The translations under genes were made by a program, and so were the position numbers. From the NCBI GenBank assembly GCA_016191085.1, contig JACPPJ010000030.1:66789-130788 (forward strand): a stretch of 64,000 nucleotides of DNA. The letters run 5' to 3'. Of the stretch, positions 40,722 to 50,530 are shown piece after piece (the first letter of the stretch is position 1; every line of letters begins with the position of its first letter). This DNA comes from Acidobacteriota bacterium (GTDB taxonomy: Bacteria > Acidobacteriota > Terriglobia > 2-12-FULL-54-10). The notes beneath the pieces are model-generated. The model was given only the letters and a program-made list of their open reading frames with translations. It did no database searches and was not told the origin of the DNA.

Positions 40722-42518
40722 TTAATCGCGGGCGCCGTTCATTTCCAGGAAGGCGCGCAGTTTGCGGCTGCGGGAGGGGTGGCGCAGTTTCCGCAGCGCT
40801 TTGGCTTCGATCTGGCGGATGCGCTCGCGGGTGACGGCGAAGCTTTGGCCGACCTCTTCCAGCGTCCGCTCGCTGCCGTCATCCAACCCGAATCGCATCT
40901 TGATGACTTTCTCTTCGCGCGGCGTCAAGGTCTTGAGAACGCCGGCCGTCTGCTCTTTCAGGTTGATGTTGATAACCGCCTCGGCGGGCGAAACGGCGGC
41001 GTGATCCTCGATGAAGTCGCCCAGATGTGAATCTTCTTCCTCGCCGATGGGAGTCTCCAGCGAGATAGGCTCCTGCGCGAGCTTCAGCACTTTGCGTACT
41101 TTCGCGCCAGGGATCTCCATGCGCTTGGCGATCTCTTCGCTGGTAGGCTCGCGGCCGTACTCCTGAACCAACTGCCGGGACGTGCGAATCAGCTTATTGA
41201 TCGTTTCGATCATATGGACCGGGATTCGGATGGTCCGCGCCTGATCGGCAATCGCGCGCGTGATTGCCTGTCGAATCCACCACGTGGCGTAAGTTGAAAA
41301 CTTGTAGCCGCGGCGGTACTCGAATTAATCAACCGCCTTCATCAACCCGATGTTACCTTCCTGGATCAGGTCCAGGAACTGCAAACCGCGGTTCGTGTAC
41401 TTCTTCGCAATCGAAACCACCAAACGAAGGTTCGCTTCGGTGAGATCGCGCTTTGCAATGTCGGCGTCGCGTTCGCCCTCGGAGACGATCTGGAGCGTCT
41501 TCCGGATGTCGGCGGGATTGGCCCCTGCAAGAGAGGTGATCTCGGAAAGCTCCGACCGAACCCTCTGCAAATTTTTCTTGAGGTCTTTAGCGGTATCAGC
41601 CTTGGCGGTTTCCAATTTCGCCTGAAGCTTTTTCTGCTCCTCTTCAAGGGGGCGAAGTCTATCCACGGCGTGGCGGATGGTATCGATCAGCCGCTTCCGC
41701 TCCGTGTTGGTGAAGTCGATGGAACGCACCAGCCGGGACGTTTCTATCCGGCAGCGTGCCAATTGGAACCGCAGCTTGCGGTATTCTTTCGGTTTTTTTG
41801 TGCGCGGAACCGCTTCCCATTTGCTTTTCAGCGTAAGCGCCCTCTTGTAGAGCTTGCCGATCTGGTCAATGATGCCGCAGATCTCGGCGATCTTTTCCTG
41901 GACTTTTTCGTCCGTGAGTTCATCGTCGTTGAAGCCGACAACTTCCTTGATAGACTTGCTACCGTCGCGTAATTGCTTGGCGACCGAGAGCAGTTCCTGG
42001 ATCACGATAGGGGAGCGGGAGGTGGCCTTTAAAACGTTGTTCTGCCCGCGCTCGATCCGCTTGGCGATCTCCACTTCACCTTCGCGAGTCAGCAGCGGAA
42101 CCGTGCCCATCTCACGCAGGTACATGCGGACGGGATCGTTGGTCTTTTCAAGCGCTGCGCTGATGTCAAGTTCTTCTTCGCCCAGTTCGTCTAACTTGGC
42201 GTCCAGTTTGTCTTCAGACGGGAATTTGGGACTCTCCTCGATGACCTCAATTCCGGCGGTGCCAAAGGTCGCAAGGATATCCTCAATCTCGTCGGAGTTG
42301 CTCACGTCCGCCGGCAGCAGTTCATTGATATCGTCGTAGAGCAAGTACCCTTTTTGCTTCCCCAAGTTGATCAGGTCCATGACCTGGTCGTACTTGTCCT
42401 CCATGCCTACGGCCTTTTCTTTTGGCTCGTATCTCAGCGGCATATCAAAATCCTTTGGCGCTATTTTCTTAATGGTGCCCCCTCGCTGGACCCAACCATC
42501 TATGTCGTTGAACGACAA
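40722..42518 (-). pseudogene. rpoD: Primary sigma factor RpoD (sigma-70), interrupted as sequenced by one in-frame TAA at 41325-41327 (may be an artefact or read through)
   Basis: ORFs 41325..42518 (regions 1.1-2.1, ending ...NIGLMKAVD*) and 40722..41213 (regions 3-4) are in the same frame. The 111 nt between them translate to [37 protein letters not shown] (region 2). Confidence 0.9.
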
Positions 42519-42601
42519 TACCCTTCAGCGTGCCGGTCGTTCATTAGCTTAGATGTCTGGAGGTGGAGTAAAGTTTCCCACGATCATGGCAAATCTCTTA
42601 T

Positions 42602-44395
42602 TTATAACAACGTGTCTAGTTCCGTGTCAAGCTCTTTTTCGCGCCGGAAAACTGTGTCAAGCTGGCCCAAAAGCTCCACGTACCGGCTCGCGTCGTGCAA
42701 TTTTTCGGCCTCCAGGATTTGCCGCCGTAGCGTTGAGCGCTGGCGTTGCAACCGCCGCCGCTCCAGTGAATTGATGTAACTTGTTATTTCGTAGAGGGAT
42801 ACCGGTCGGGCGTCCTTGTCGAACACGATCTGAGCCAAAAGCCGCTGGTGTGGTTCGTCCAAGCGGTCGCTGAGGGCTGCCATGTCCGGCGCCGAGCCAC
42901 CCGAATTCATGCCAAGGATCGTTGAAACAATCCCCTGCAGTTCCAGTTCCTCCATCAGGGCATGCTCCTCGAGTAGCTTACTCATCTCGCCACATGCGTC
43001 GCGGTTCTCCAGCAGCAGCCGGACCAACATAGCCTCGGCAGGAGGAATTTGGACCATTTGCTGCGATACGTGCACAGCCGCTCTGCGTTCCAAGCCAGCT
43101 CTCCGAAAGGAATCCAATATGATGCCGGTATTCACGTCCATCTTCTGAGCAATATCGGCTACCAGTTCCGATCGGATCAGTTTATTCGGTACCTTGGCCA
43201 GGAACGGAAGGACAAAGTTGATACCGGCAAGTTTGGCTTCCGGAGTGTTGCTGCCGTGCAACTCCAGAGCGCGGCTGGCCAGATACCGAAAGAATGGCTG
43301 GGCGGCTTTGAGTTGGTCCCGGTAGGCCTCTGCACCTGTCTGTTTTATGAACTCGTCGGGATCCATTGCGCCGGGCAGGCGCAGCACCCGGACGCTCATC
43401 CCCTGTTCCAGCAACAACGCGAGGGAGCGATCCGTGGCGGCGACACCGGCCGAGTCAGGATCGTAGCTGACCACCACTTCGGAACCGTACCGCGACAACA
43501 TCCGCACCTGCGCCTCTGTCAGGCTGGTCCCGCAACTGGCTACCACGTTCCTCACGCCTGCCTGGAAGACCGCGATGGCATCCATATAGCCTTCCACCAT
43601 CACGGCACTTCCCTCCTTGCGGATGGTGTCACGGGCGCGGAACAGGTTGTATAGCACATGGCTTTTGCTGTAGAGGGCCGTTTCCGGCGAATTGAGGTAC
43701 TTTGGCTGATCGCTCCCCATAGCACGGCCGGCGAAAGCAACGATCTTGCCCGCTTCGCCGATGATGGGGAACATCCAGCGATTTCGAAAGCGGTCGAAGA
43801 AGCCACCAGGATCGCGTGCGGGGTCGCGGCGTAGGACCAAACCGCTCGCCTCCAGCACGTCCGGCGGAAATCCCTGGCGCGACAGGAAGTTTGCTAGCGC
43901 GCTTCCGCTGCCCGGAGCAAATCCCAAGCCGAACTCCTCGACCGCCTCGGAGGTCAGGCCGCGTTTGCGGATGATCTCGCGCACGGCGGCGGCCTCCGGC
44001 GATTGCAGTTGCTTGCGAAAGAACTCCTGCGCTTTTTGATGTAACCCTTCGAGCGCTGCTCGCAGTCGGCGTTCGGGGCTGGCCTGCTCGCCCGCAGGCT
44101 CGCTGGCGGGTATTGGAATTCCAGATCGTTGCGCCACGCGCCGGACCGACTCAGGAAACGAGAGCTTCTCTGTTTCCATGACGAACCGGAAAACGTCTCC
44201 TTTGGCGCCGCAGCCGAAGCAGTAATAAAACTGACGCGTCGGATGCACCGAGAACGAAGGCGTCTTTTCCTGATGAAACGGACACAGGCCGACATAGTTG
44301 TTCCCGGCCTTTTTGAGCCGCACGTGCTCGCCGATAATGCGCACAATATCGGTGGAGCTTTTTACTTGCTGAGAGAAATCAACGGGGAGAGGCAT
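42602..44395 (-). CDS. dnaG: DNA primase
   Basis: Zn-ribbon CPFHQEKTPSFSV and a TOPRIM domain (VMVEGYMD). Located upstream of rpoD, the classic order. Confidence 0.95.
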   Translation of the reverse strand: MPLPVDFSQQVKSSTDIVRIIGEHVRLKKAGNNYVGLCPFHQEKTPSFSVHPTRQFYYCFGCGAKGDVFRFVMETEKLSFPESVRRVAQRSGIPIPASEPAGEQASPERRLRAALEGLHQKAQEFFRKQLQSPEAAAVREIIRKRGLTSEAVEEFGLGFAPGSGSALANFLSRQGFPPDVLEASGLVLRRDPARDPGGFFDRFRNRWMFPIIGEAGKIVAFAGRAMGSDQPKYLNSPETALYSKSHVLYNLFRARDTIRKEGSAVMVEGYMDAIAVFQAGVRNVVASCGTSLTEAQVRMLSRYGSEVVVSYDPDSAGVAATDRSLALLLEQGMSVRVLRLPGAMDPDEFIKQTGAEAYRDQLKAAQPFFRYLASRALELHGSNTPEAKLAGINFVLPFLAKVPNKLIRSELVADIAQKMDVNTGIILDSFRRAGLERRAAVHVSQQMVQIPPAEAMLVRLLLENRDACGEMSKLLEEHALMEELELQGIVSTILGMNSGGSAPDMAALSDRLDEPHQRLLAQIVFDKDARPVSLYEITSYINSLERRRLQRQRSTLRRQILEAEKLHDASRYVELLGQLDTVFRREKELDTELDTLL

Positions 44396-44401
44396 TCTAG
44401 G

Positions 44402-45157
44402 CTAATCGTCGACAAAAACGGGTTGCGGATGTGCTTCGGGCCAGTCTTTCGGCTGCACAGGCGCCCAGACAGCGTACCTATCATGGGGGTACGCTTCCTG
44501 TACCGCTCGCACGTAAGGTCCAATGTTAATGTTATTTTTCTTAATCGAAACGACCCGCCCGTCTCGCGCCTCGTACACACCAGTTATGGTCCAATCTGTT
44601 GCTAGGCCAGGACGATCTGCGGCGTACTCGCAGTGTACTGCGGCAAACTGCGCGCGCCGATCACGATTCGGATACAAGATCAAAGCCGGTTTGTAAGGGC
44701 GCTCTGTTTGGTCCCAATTCGGCATCTGCGTGTCAATGCCCCAAGCGTTCGGACGGCCAGCCTTATCGAAGAGCAGGACTACAATGCCAATACGGAAAGC
44801 GCAGCGGCCATTCTGGGGCATGAACGGTGCGATGAGAAGGTCTGATGTGCCGTTGTGATCAAAGTCGGCGGTCCACACGTCTGTGAATCCCATGATACCG
44901 GGCTTTTCAACCAACACCCGCCACGGTTTTCCATCGCGATCCTTGCCCTCAAAACGTAGATTGTCTTCATGCGGGAACACCCGCGCCAATCCAACATCAA
45001 CCGACTTCCTATCGTCGAAATTCGTATCGAGGTGGCCAACTTCATCGAGATAGCGCATGGGGAACGGAGACTGTGCGCACATTTCTGCCGAACCCAAGAT
45101 GAAAAGGCTCAGCGCTGCTATGAAACTGATAATTATCGGGCGGGTAGCGCGTTTCAC
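44402..45157 (-). CDS. Secreted hypothetical protein with one FG-GAP/VCBS-like motif
   Basis: Signal peptide, plus ADFDHNGTSDLLI. Only 6 nt upstream of dnaG. Confidence 0.5.
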   Translation of the reverse strand: MKRATRPIIISFIAALSLFILGSAEMCAQSPFPMRYLDEVGHLDTNFDDRKSVDVGLARVFPHEDNLRFEGKDRDGKPWRVLVEKPGIMGFTDVWTADFDHNGTSDLLIAPFMPQNGRCAFRIGIVVLLFDKAGRPNAWGIDTQMPNWDQTERPYKPALILYPNRDRRAQFAAVHCEYAADRPGLATDWTITGVYEARDGRVVSIKKNNINIGPYVRAVQEAYPHDRYAVWAPVQPKDWPEAHPQPVFVDD

Positions 45158-45171
45158 AACTCCTCAACCGG

Positions 45172-45390
45172 CTAGAGCTTTTCCCACTCGCTCTTTTCGA
45201 TTCCTGCGTGCCGCAAAATGCGGGTAACGAATCCCACTCCGATGTCACCGCGGTGTGGATTCGGAATCGTGATGGTGATGTCGCCTTTTCTCATGATTTG
45301 GTGCTTCGCTCCGGAATATGGACCCTCAAAGCCAAGCTGTTTCAAATTGGAAATCAATTCCCTGCGGCTAATGGGGCCGAGGTGAGGCAT
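45172..45390 (-). CDS. hicA: Type II toxin HicA-family mRNA interferase
   Basis: 72 aa. Pattern SRRELISNLKQLGFEG...HQIMRKGD..ITIPNPHRGDIGVG..TRILRHAGI is typical of HicA/YcfA. Confidence 0.85.
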   Translation of the reverse strand: MPHLGPISRRELISNLKQLGFEGPYSGAKHQIMRKGDITITIPNPHRGDIGVGFVTRILRHAGIEKSEWEKL

Positions 45391-45632
45391 CAGGCGGTTT
45401 CTTTAAAGGTTAATTCAATTCCTCGAACAGCGGGCAAAGGTAGGTTCCGGGAGATTCGGAACAGAATCCATTCCTCAAGTACCTCTTCCAGTTCCTCTCG
45501 GCAGGCCTCAAGCTTATTGGCATTGGCGTAGACGCCTTGAAACCCGGGGATTTCGCCATAGAAGCTGCCATCGTCCGGCAGAATCTCATAGTTCGCCTCG
45601 CGCATCGCTGCTCTAATGTACTCTCTGAGCAT
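45390..45632 (-). CDS. hicB: Type II antitoxin HicB family (UPF0150-like)
   Basis: 80 aa. YEILPDDGSFYGEIPGFQGVYANANKLEACREELEEVLEEW matches the HicB N-domain pattern. Its stop overlaps the hicA start (TGATG). Confidence 0.75.
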   Translation of the reverse strand: MLREYIRAAMREANYEILPDDGSFYGEIPGFQGVYANANKLEACREELEEVLEEWILFRISRNLPLPAVRGIELTFKETA

Positions 45633-45712
45633 TCACTTACCTCGTGGGCATTATTATTGAACGAAACACAATCATCTGCAAGGCAATATAGGAAACGAAA
45701 GACAAAAGCGGA

Positions 45713-48322
45713 TTATACCTTTAGCTCAACAACGGTTGCGCCGGCGCCGCCTTCGTTTTGAGGTGCCGGCGAAAACTTTTCAACGTGCGGATGAGTCGAA
45801 AACATTTCCGCCAGTGCCTGCCGCAGGATGCCTTTGCCGCTGCCGTGAACGATCCGTACCTTCTGTACTTGCGCCAGGAATGCGTCATCGAGGAACTTAT
45901 CAACACGATTACGCGCCTCGTCGGCGGTCTCGCCGATCACGTTGATTTCGGTCAGTGGACGCGCCGCGGTTTTCTCCATGTGGAGGTCAAACGTGCTCGG
46001 CGAAGCTTTCGTTGTCCCCGCTCCCTCGCGGCCCTGCCCCAGCGCATGGGAATGCGCCGGGGACCCCATATTATGTTTTGGTGAGATGCTAGGTAGAACT
46101 TCGACGATGTCCCCGAGCGATGTCTTGGTGCGAAGAAACCCGATCTCAACTTCGAGCGAATCTCCGTCCCTGCGGCGGACAATGCCGAACTGCCGCACGT
46201 CTCTTAGTCTGACTCGGTCTCCGACGGACACGTCTCTGATGGAACCGGTGCGGTCGGCGGAAGCAGCCTCGCTGGCTTCGCCGATATGACTTATGGCGGT
46301 CTGGCGAAGTTCATCTTTGGTCTGCTCACGCAGCCGAGCGACTACCCGGCCGGCTTCTTTGGCCGGATCATGCGGGCGCCGCGCCGTCGGTGGCTGGCGC
46401 GAAGCGATTTCACGGAGCTTCTGCTCAGCACGCTGTTCAACGTTCTGCCAAAGTTGGTCGAGCTGCTTCTCCCACTCGGCGGCACGTTTCTCCTCGCGGT
46501 GGCGTTGCTCCTCTTTCCACTTTTGCTCTTTCGCATCCTGAGCCGCCATCTTTTCTTCCAGGTCGTGGCGAAGCGTGGCGGCTGCCGCCCGTTCCTGCTT
46601 GAGCCGGGACAGGAATTGTTCCACCTCCAGATGCGCGGTGCTCATGGTCTGAGTGGCGCGATCCAAAACGTCCTGCGGCAAACCTAATCGCTTCGCAATC
46701 GCCAAGCCGCTCGACTTACCTGGGGAGCCCAACTCCAGGCGATACGTCGGCTGCAACGTTTGTTCGTCGAAGCCCATGTGGGCGCTGAGCACACCAGGAG
46801 TATTCGTCGCGTACGCCTTCACCTGCATGTGATGGGTGGATGCGATACTGTAAGCGCCCGCAGACCGGAACCGGTCAATGATAGCCACGCCCAAAGCACC
46901 GGCCTCTTCGGGATCTGTCGCAGACCCGAGTTCGTCGAGCAGGATTAGCGAGTCGGGGTCGGCAAGCTCCATCATGGATGAGATGTTCATCAGATGGGCT
47001 GAAAACGTGCTGAGACTTTCCTGAATTGACTGGTAGTCTCCGATATCAGCGAGCACGCGGTCGAAGAGCGGGAATTCGGCTTGCTCGGCGGGCACAGGCA
47101 GGCCGGAGATCGCCATCAGCGTCAGCAGCCCGACCGTCTTCAGCGCTACGGTTTTTCCTCCGGTGTTGGGGCCGCTGATGACCAGCACTCGGTTTTCATC
47201 ATCGAGCAGCAACGAAAGCGGAACGACGGAGAGCCTTTTACCCCGCAGCAGCGCATCCAGCAGAGGGTGCCGCGCATTCTTCAGCACCAGACGACTGCGG
47301 CTCTCCGCTGCGCGCGCGTTCTCGCCGTGTATAGCAGGGATCACGCAGTCGTATTCAAGGGCAAAGCGGCCGCACCCGAAGGCTAGTTCCAGCACGCCGA
47401 GCCGTTCCGCTGCTTCAGCGAACTCGGCCACGCGCTGCCGCAGGCGCGTTGTCATTTCGGCCAGGATGCGCTGGATCTCCCGCTGCTCTTCCTCCCTCAA
47501 GCTGACCAGTTCGTTGTTGAGATCAATCGTTTCGAGCGGCTCCATGTACACCGTCTGTCCCGTGGAGCTAGCGCCGTGTACGACTCCCGCTACCCGGGTT
47601 TTCCGCGAGGAGCGCACCGGGACAACAAAGCGGTCGCCGCGTATCGTTACGATCTCGTCCTGTTCCGCAGCCTCTTCCTGCTGCGTCCGCAGGAAAGCCT
47701 TCAACGATGAAAGAATCGTGCCGCGCTGCTTTTCAATTTCGCGGCGAATACGCCTGAGTTCGGCGCTGGCGTGGTCATCCAGCTCGCCCGATGGAAGAAT
47801 CTTCCCGCCGAAATCGCGCACCAGCGAATGGAAATCCGCGATGCGCTCGGATTCCGCGGCGAGGTTCGGGAAACGCGCCGATGAAGCAGCCAGCGCACGT
47901 TTGATATCGGACGCATGCCCCGCGAACGAGACCACTTCCGCAATTTCCCGCGGCTCAAGCACCGTGCCTTCAATCGCCAGTTTTTGCAAAATACGCGAGG
48001 GATCGGCCAGGGCGGCGAAGTTTAGGGGAGCAGTGGATTGCGGTTTGCCAGCACCCGGAGCAGCGGCCGATCGCGGTTGCTCCCACTTAGAACCTGCGCT
48101 GGCCCGAAGATATGCTCTTGCTTCTGCGGCACGCTGCTGGCGAGCGGTGATGAGACCCGAATCTGTCGTTGGAGCCACCGCCGCGAGCTTCGTCTTCCCG
48201 AGCGGGCTGGAGATGTATCCGCCGATCAGCGCAAGCAGCCCTTCAAATTCGAGCAATTTTAAAACATCTGCTGCCATAGTAAATTGTAATGCAGGTCCCA
48301 AAATGGCGATTAAACGCGCCAT
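45713..48322 (-). CDS. mutS2: Endonuclease MutS2 (MutS domain + C-terminal Smr)
   Basis: Walker A ISGPNTGGKT, DELGSATDP, and a C-terminal Smr domain (VRIVHGSGKGILR). The likely start is 48277. Confidence 0.9.
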   Translation of the reverse strand: MARLIAILGPALQFTMAADVLKLLEFEGLLALIGGYISSPLGKTKLAAVAPTTDSGLITARQQRAAEARAYLRASAGSKWEQPRSAAAPGAGKPQSTAPLNFAALADPSRILQKLAIEGTVLEPREIAEVVSFAGHASDIKRALAASSARFPNLAAESERIADFHSLVRDFGGKILPSGELDDHASAELRRIRREIEKQRGTILSSLKAFLRTQQEEAAEQDEIVTIRGDRFVVPVRSSRKTRVAGVVHGASSTGQTVYMEPLETIDLNNELVSLREEEQREIQRILAEMTTRLRQRVAEFAEAAERLGVLELAFGCGRFALEYDCVIPAIHGENARAAESRSRLVLKNARHPLLDALLRGKRLSVVPLSLLLDDENRVLVISGPNTGGKTVALKTVGLLTLMAISGLPVPAEQAEFPLFDRVLADIGDYQSIQESLSTFSAHLMNISSMMELADPDSLILLDELGSATDPEEAGALGVAIIDRFRSAGAYSIASTHHMQVKAYATNTPGVLSAHMGFDEQTLQPTYRLELGSPGKSSGLAIAKRLGLPQDVLDRATQTMSTAHLEVEQFLSRLKQERAAAATLRHDLEEKMAAQDAKEQKWKEEQRHREEKRAAEWEKQLDQLWQNVEQRAEQKLREIASRQPPTARRPHDPAKEAGRVVARLREQTKDELRQTAISHIGEASEAASADRTGSIRDVSVGDRVRLRDVRQFGIVRRRDGDSLEVEIGFLRTKTSLGDIVEVLPSISPKHNMGSPAHSHALGQGREGAGTTKASPSTFDLHMEKTAARPLTEINVIGETADEARNRVDKFLDDAFLAQVQKVRIVHGSGKGILRQALAEMFSTHPHVEKFSPAPQNEGGAGATVVELKV

Positions 48323-48373
48323 ATCTTGGTAGCGATGGCGAACGTATCTTTTCGCCGCGGATTGCGAGTGCTT

Positions 48374-49306
48374 TCAGTAAGCTCGTTGGCGCGGATGATG
48401 GTGGTGGCCAGCTTCCGCCGACGGAACATAACAGTTCGGGGTGCTGTCGCAGACGGTGTGCTCGAACTGCACGGTCGTGTGGGTGATGGCAAATTCGCTT
48501 TCCAACATGTCGTTAATGCGAGTCAAAATCCGGGAGCTTTCCGACGGCGGGATATCGGCGATCGAGACGTGGCAGCTCAGCGCGTGAGTGTTCGAGCCGA
48601 TGCTCCAGATGTGAACATCATGCACATCCTGGACCCCTTCAATGGCGCGCATGGACGCAAGCACATCGTCGAGCTTCAAACCGCGCGGCAGTCCTTCCAG
48701 AAGAATATTCAGCGTCTCCTTGATGATATCAACGCTGCTCCACAAGATAAGGCCGCCAATGAGCAGGCTGAGTGTGGGATCGATTGCCACCACGCCGGTT
48801 TTTTGTATCAGCCATCCCCCCATCACGATGCCGGCCGTCGAAGCCGCGTCGGCAGCGGTGTGGACGAAGGCGCTGCGGATGTTCAGGTCATGTCGGCTCT
48901 CGCGCAGCAGCGCCAGGGAGACTCCTGTATCCACCAGGAACCCTCCGGCGGCGACCCACATCATCAGGCCGGCGTTGACCGGTTCGGGTTGACGGAATCG
49001 CTGCCACGCCTGGTAAAAGATATACAGCGCGATCAGAACCAGCACGACGGCGTTAGCAAATGCCGCCAGCACTCCGGCGCGTTGGTAGCCGTAGGTCTTG
49101 ACTTCGGTGGGAGGCTTCGCCTGTATGTAGACTGCGACTAGGGCCAACACCAGAGCAAGCGAATCGGAGAAATTGTGTCCGGCATCGCTAAGGAGCGCCA
49201 GCGAGCCGGCGTATGTTCCAGCCGCGGCTTCAGCACCTGCCAGAACGAGCATCAGTACGATCGACCATTTGAGGACCGCTGCGCTTTTGAAAGCGTGTAC
49301 GTGCAT
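48374..49306 (-). CDS. Cation diffusion facilitator (CzcD/ZitB-like) transporter
   Basis: Six TM helices with HxxxD motifs (AGHNFSD, HTAADAAST), a cytoplasmic C-terminal domain and a His-rich tail. Confidence 0.9.
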   Translation of the reverse strand: MHVHAFKSAAVLKWSIVLMLVLAGAEAAAGTYAGSLALLSDAGHNFSDSLALVLALVAVYIQAKPPTEVKTYGYQRAGVLAAFANAVVLVLIALYIFYQAWQRFRQPEPVNAGLMMWVAAGGFLVDTGVSLALLRESRHDLNIRSAFVHTAADAASTAGIVMGGWLIQKTGVVAIDPTLSLLIGGLILWSSVDIIKETLNILLEGLPRGLKLDDVLASMRAIEGVQDVHDVHIWSIGSNTHALSCHVSIADIPPSESSRILTRINDMLESEFAITHTTVQFEHTVCDSTPNCYVPSAEAGHHHHPRQRAY

Positions 49307-49353
49307 GCGATGCTTCGTTATCTTAGGAAAGCGGGCTGCAATGCACAGCCGCT

Positions 49354-50433
49354 TTATTGTCCGGAACCGGTAGCCGCCCGACCCGTGAAGCTGGATTCAG
49401 GGGCGCCACTCTTGTCCGGTGGAGCAGGCGTGTGATCGGGCGGAATGAGACCCGGCGGCCGCGTGGCGTAATAGCCGCGGCGGGCGCGAACGCGCAATCC
49501 CTTCCGCACGGTCTTCACCTCGATGTCGTGATAGCGGCCGTCGCGTGGCGTGCTCGGCTGGTAAGAGAGAGTATATTGGCTGTGCAAATCCGCGTTAATC
49601 TGCTGAAACGCAGCCTGCATATCTTCTTTTGTCGCAGGTTGAAAAAAGCGCCCGCCGGTTTGATCTGCGAACTCCTGGAGCACCTTGTCTCCAGGCATCT
49701 TGATGCCGCGCTGGTTGGTGCTGATGGCATATACGGTGACCTCGGCGCGCTGGGCCATCTCCAGCGCCTGCAATCTGCTGTGGCGGCTTTGATTATCTTC
49801 CCCGTCACTGACTACAACCATGGCGCGGCGGACGTTCAGCGTGGGAGGTGCCTCTTCCAGCAGCTTATCGCGGCTGCCATAGTACACCGCATCGTACAAC
49901 GCCGTTCCACCGCCGGAACGCAGCGACTGCACCGCTGGGATCAGCTTGTCCAGATCGTCGGTAAAGTCCACCACCAGCTCCGCAACACTGTCAAAGCTCG
50001 CCAGGAATGCTTTGTCTTTACCTGCGCGCAACAGCGCCCGTAGAAAGTCCGACGCCGCGCGCTGTTCGAATTCGAAGCGGTCGCGAATGCTGTTGCTAGT
50101 ATCAATCATCAGGCCAATACGGAGTGGCACGTCAGTCTCGCGAGCGAATGAGGTGATCTGCTGTGGCTTTTTCTCTTCGAAGATTTGGAAATCCTCTTTT
50201 TTGAGGTCGGTGACCAGATGGTTTTCGCCATCCGAAACCGTGAGCTGCAGGTTGACCTCTTCTACGATCACCTTGATCGGCGGCCCCTGTTCTTGTTTAA
50301 CAATATCGGGGTTGGCGGGATCGCTGGCGCCCGCGTTAGCTGGCGGCGGCGCACTAGTTTGAGGTGGTTGTTGCGCAGGTGCCTGTACCAGGAAAAGAGA
50401 TGCTGCAAATAAATAGAGAAAGACTTTACGCAT
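49354..50433 (-). CDS. Secreted VWA-domain protein (VWFA-related acidobacterial type)
   Basis: Signal peptide. MIDAS-like IDTSNS...GGTALYDA...DGEDNQS. Confidence 0.75.
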   Translation of the reverse strand: MRKVFLYLFAASLFLVQAPAQQPPQTSAPPPANAGASDPANPDIVKQEQGPPIKVIVEEVNLQLTVSDGENHLVTDLKKEDFQIFEEKKPQQITSFARETDVPLRIGLMIDTSNSIRDRFEFEQRAASDFLRALLRAGKDKAFLASFDSVAELVVDFTDDLDKLIPAVQSLRSGGGTALYDAVYYGSRDKLLEEAPPTLNVRRAMVVVSDGEDNQSRHSRLQALEMAQRAEVTVYAISTNQRGIKMPGDKVLQEFADQTGGRFFQPATKEDMQAAFQQINADLHSQYTLSYQPSTPRDGRYHDIEVKTVRKGLRVRARRGYYATRPPGLIPPDHTPAPPDKSGAPESSFTGRAATGSGQ

Positions 50434-50530
50434 AAATTCCCCAAAAAAATTATACCATCGTCACGGCAGTTGTTGGGCGACTCGATCCGGACTATATAGT
50501 CGTTACGCTTTCGACTCTTTCAACAACCTC

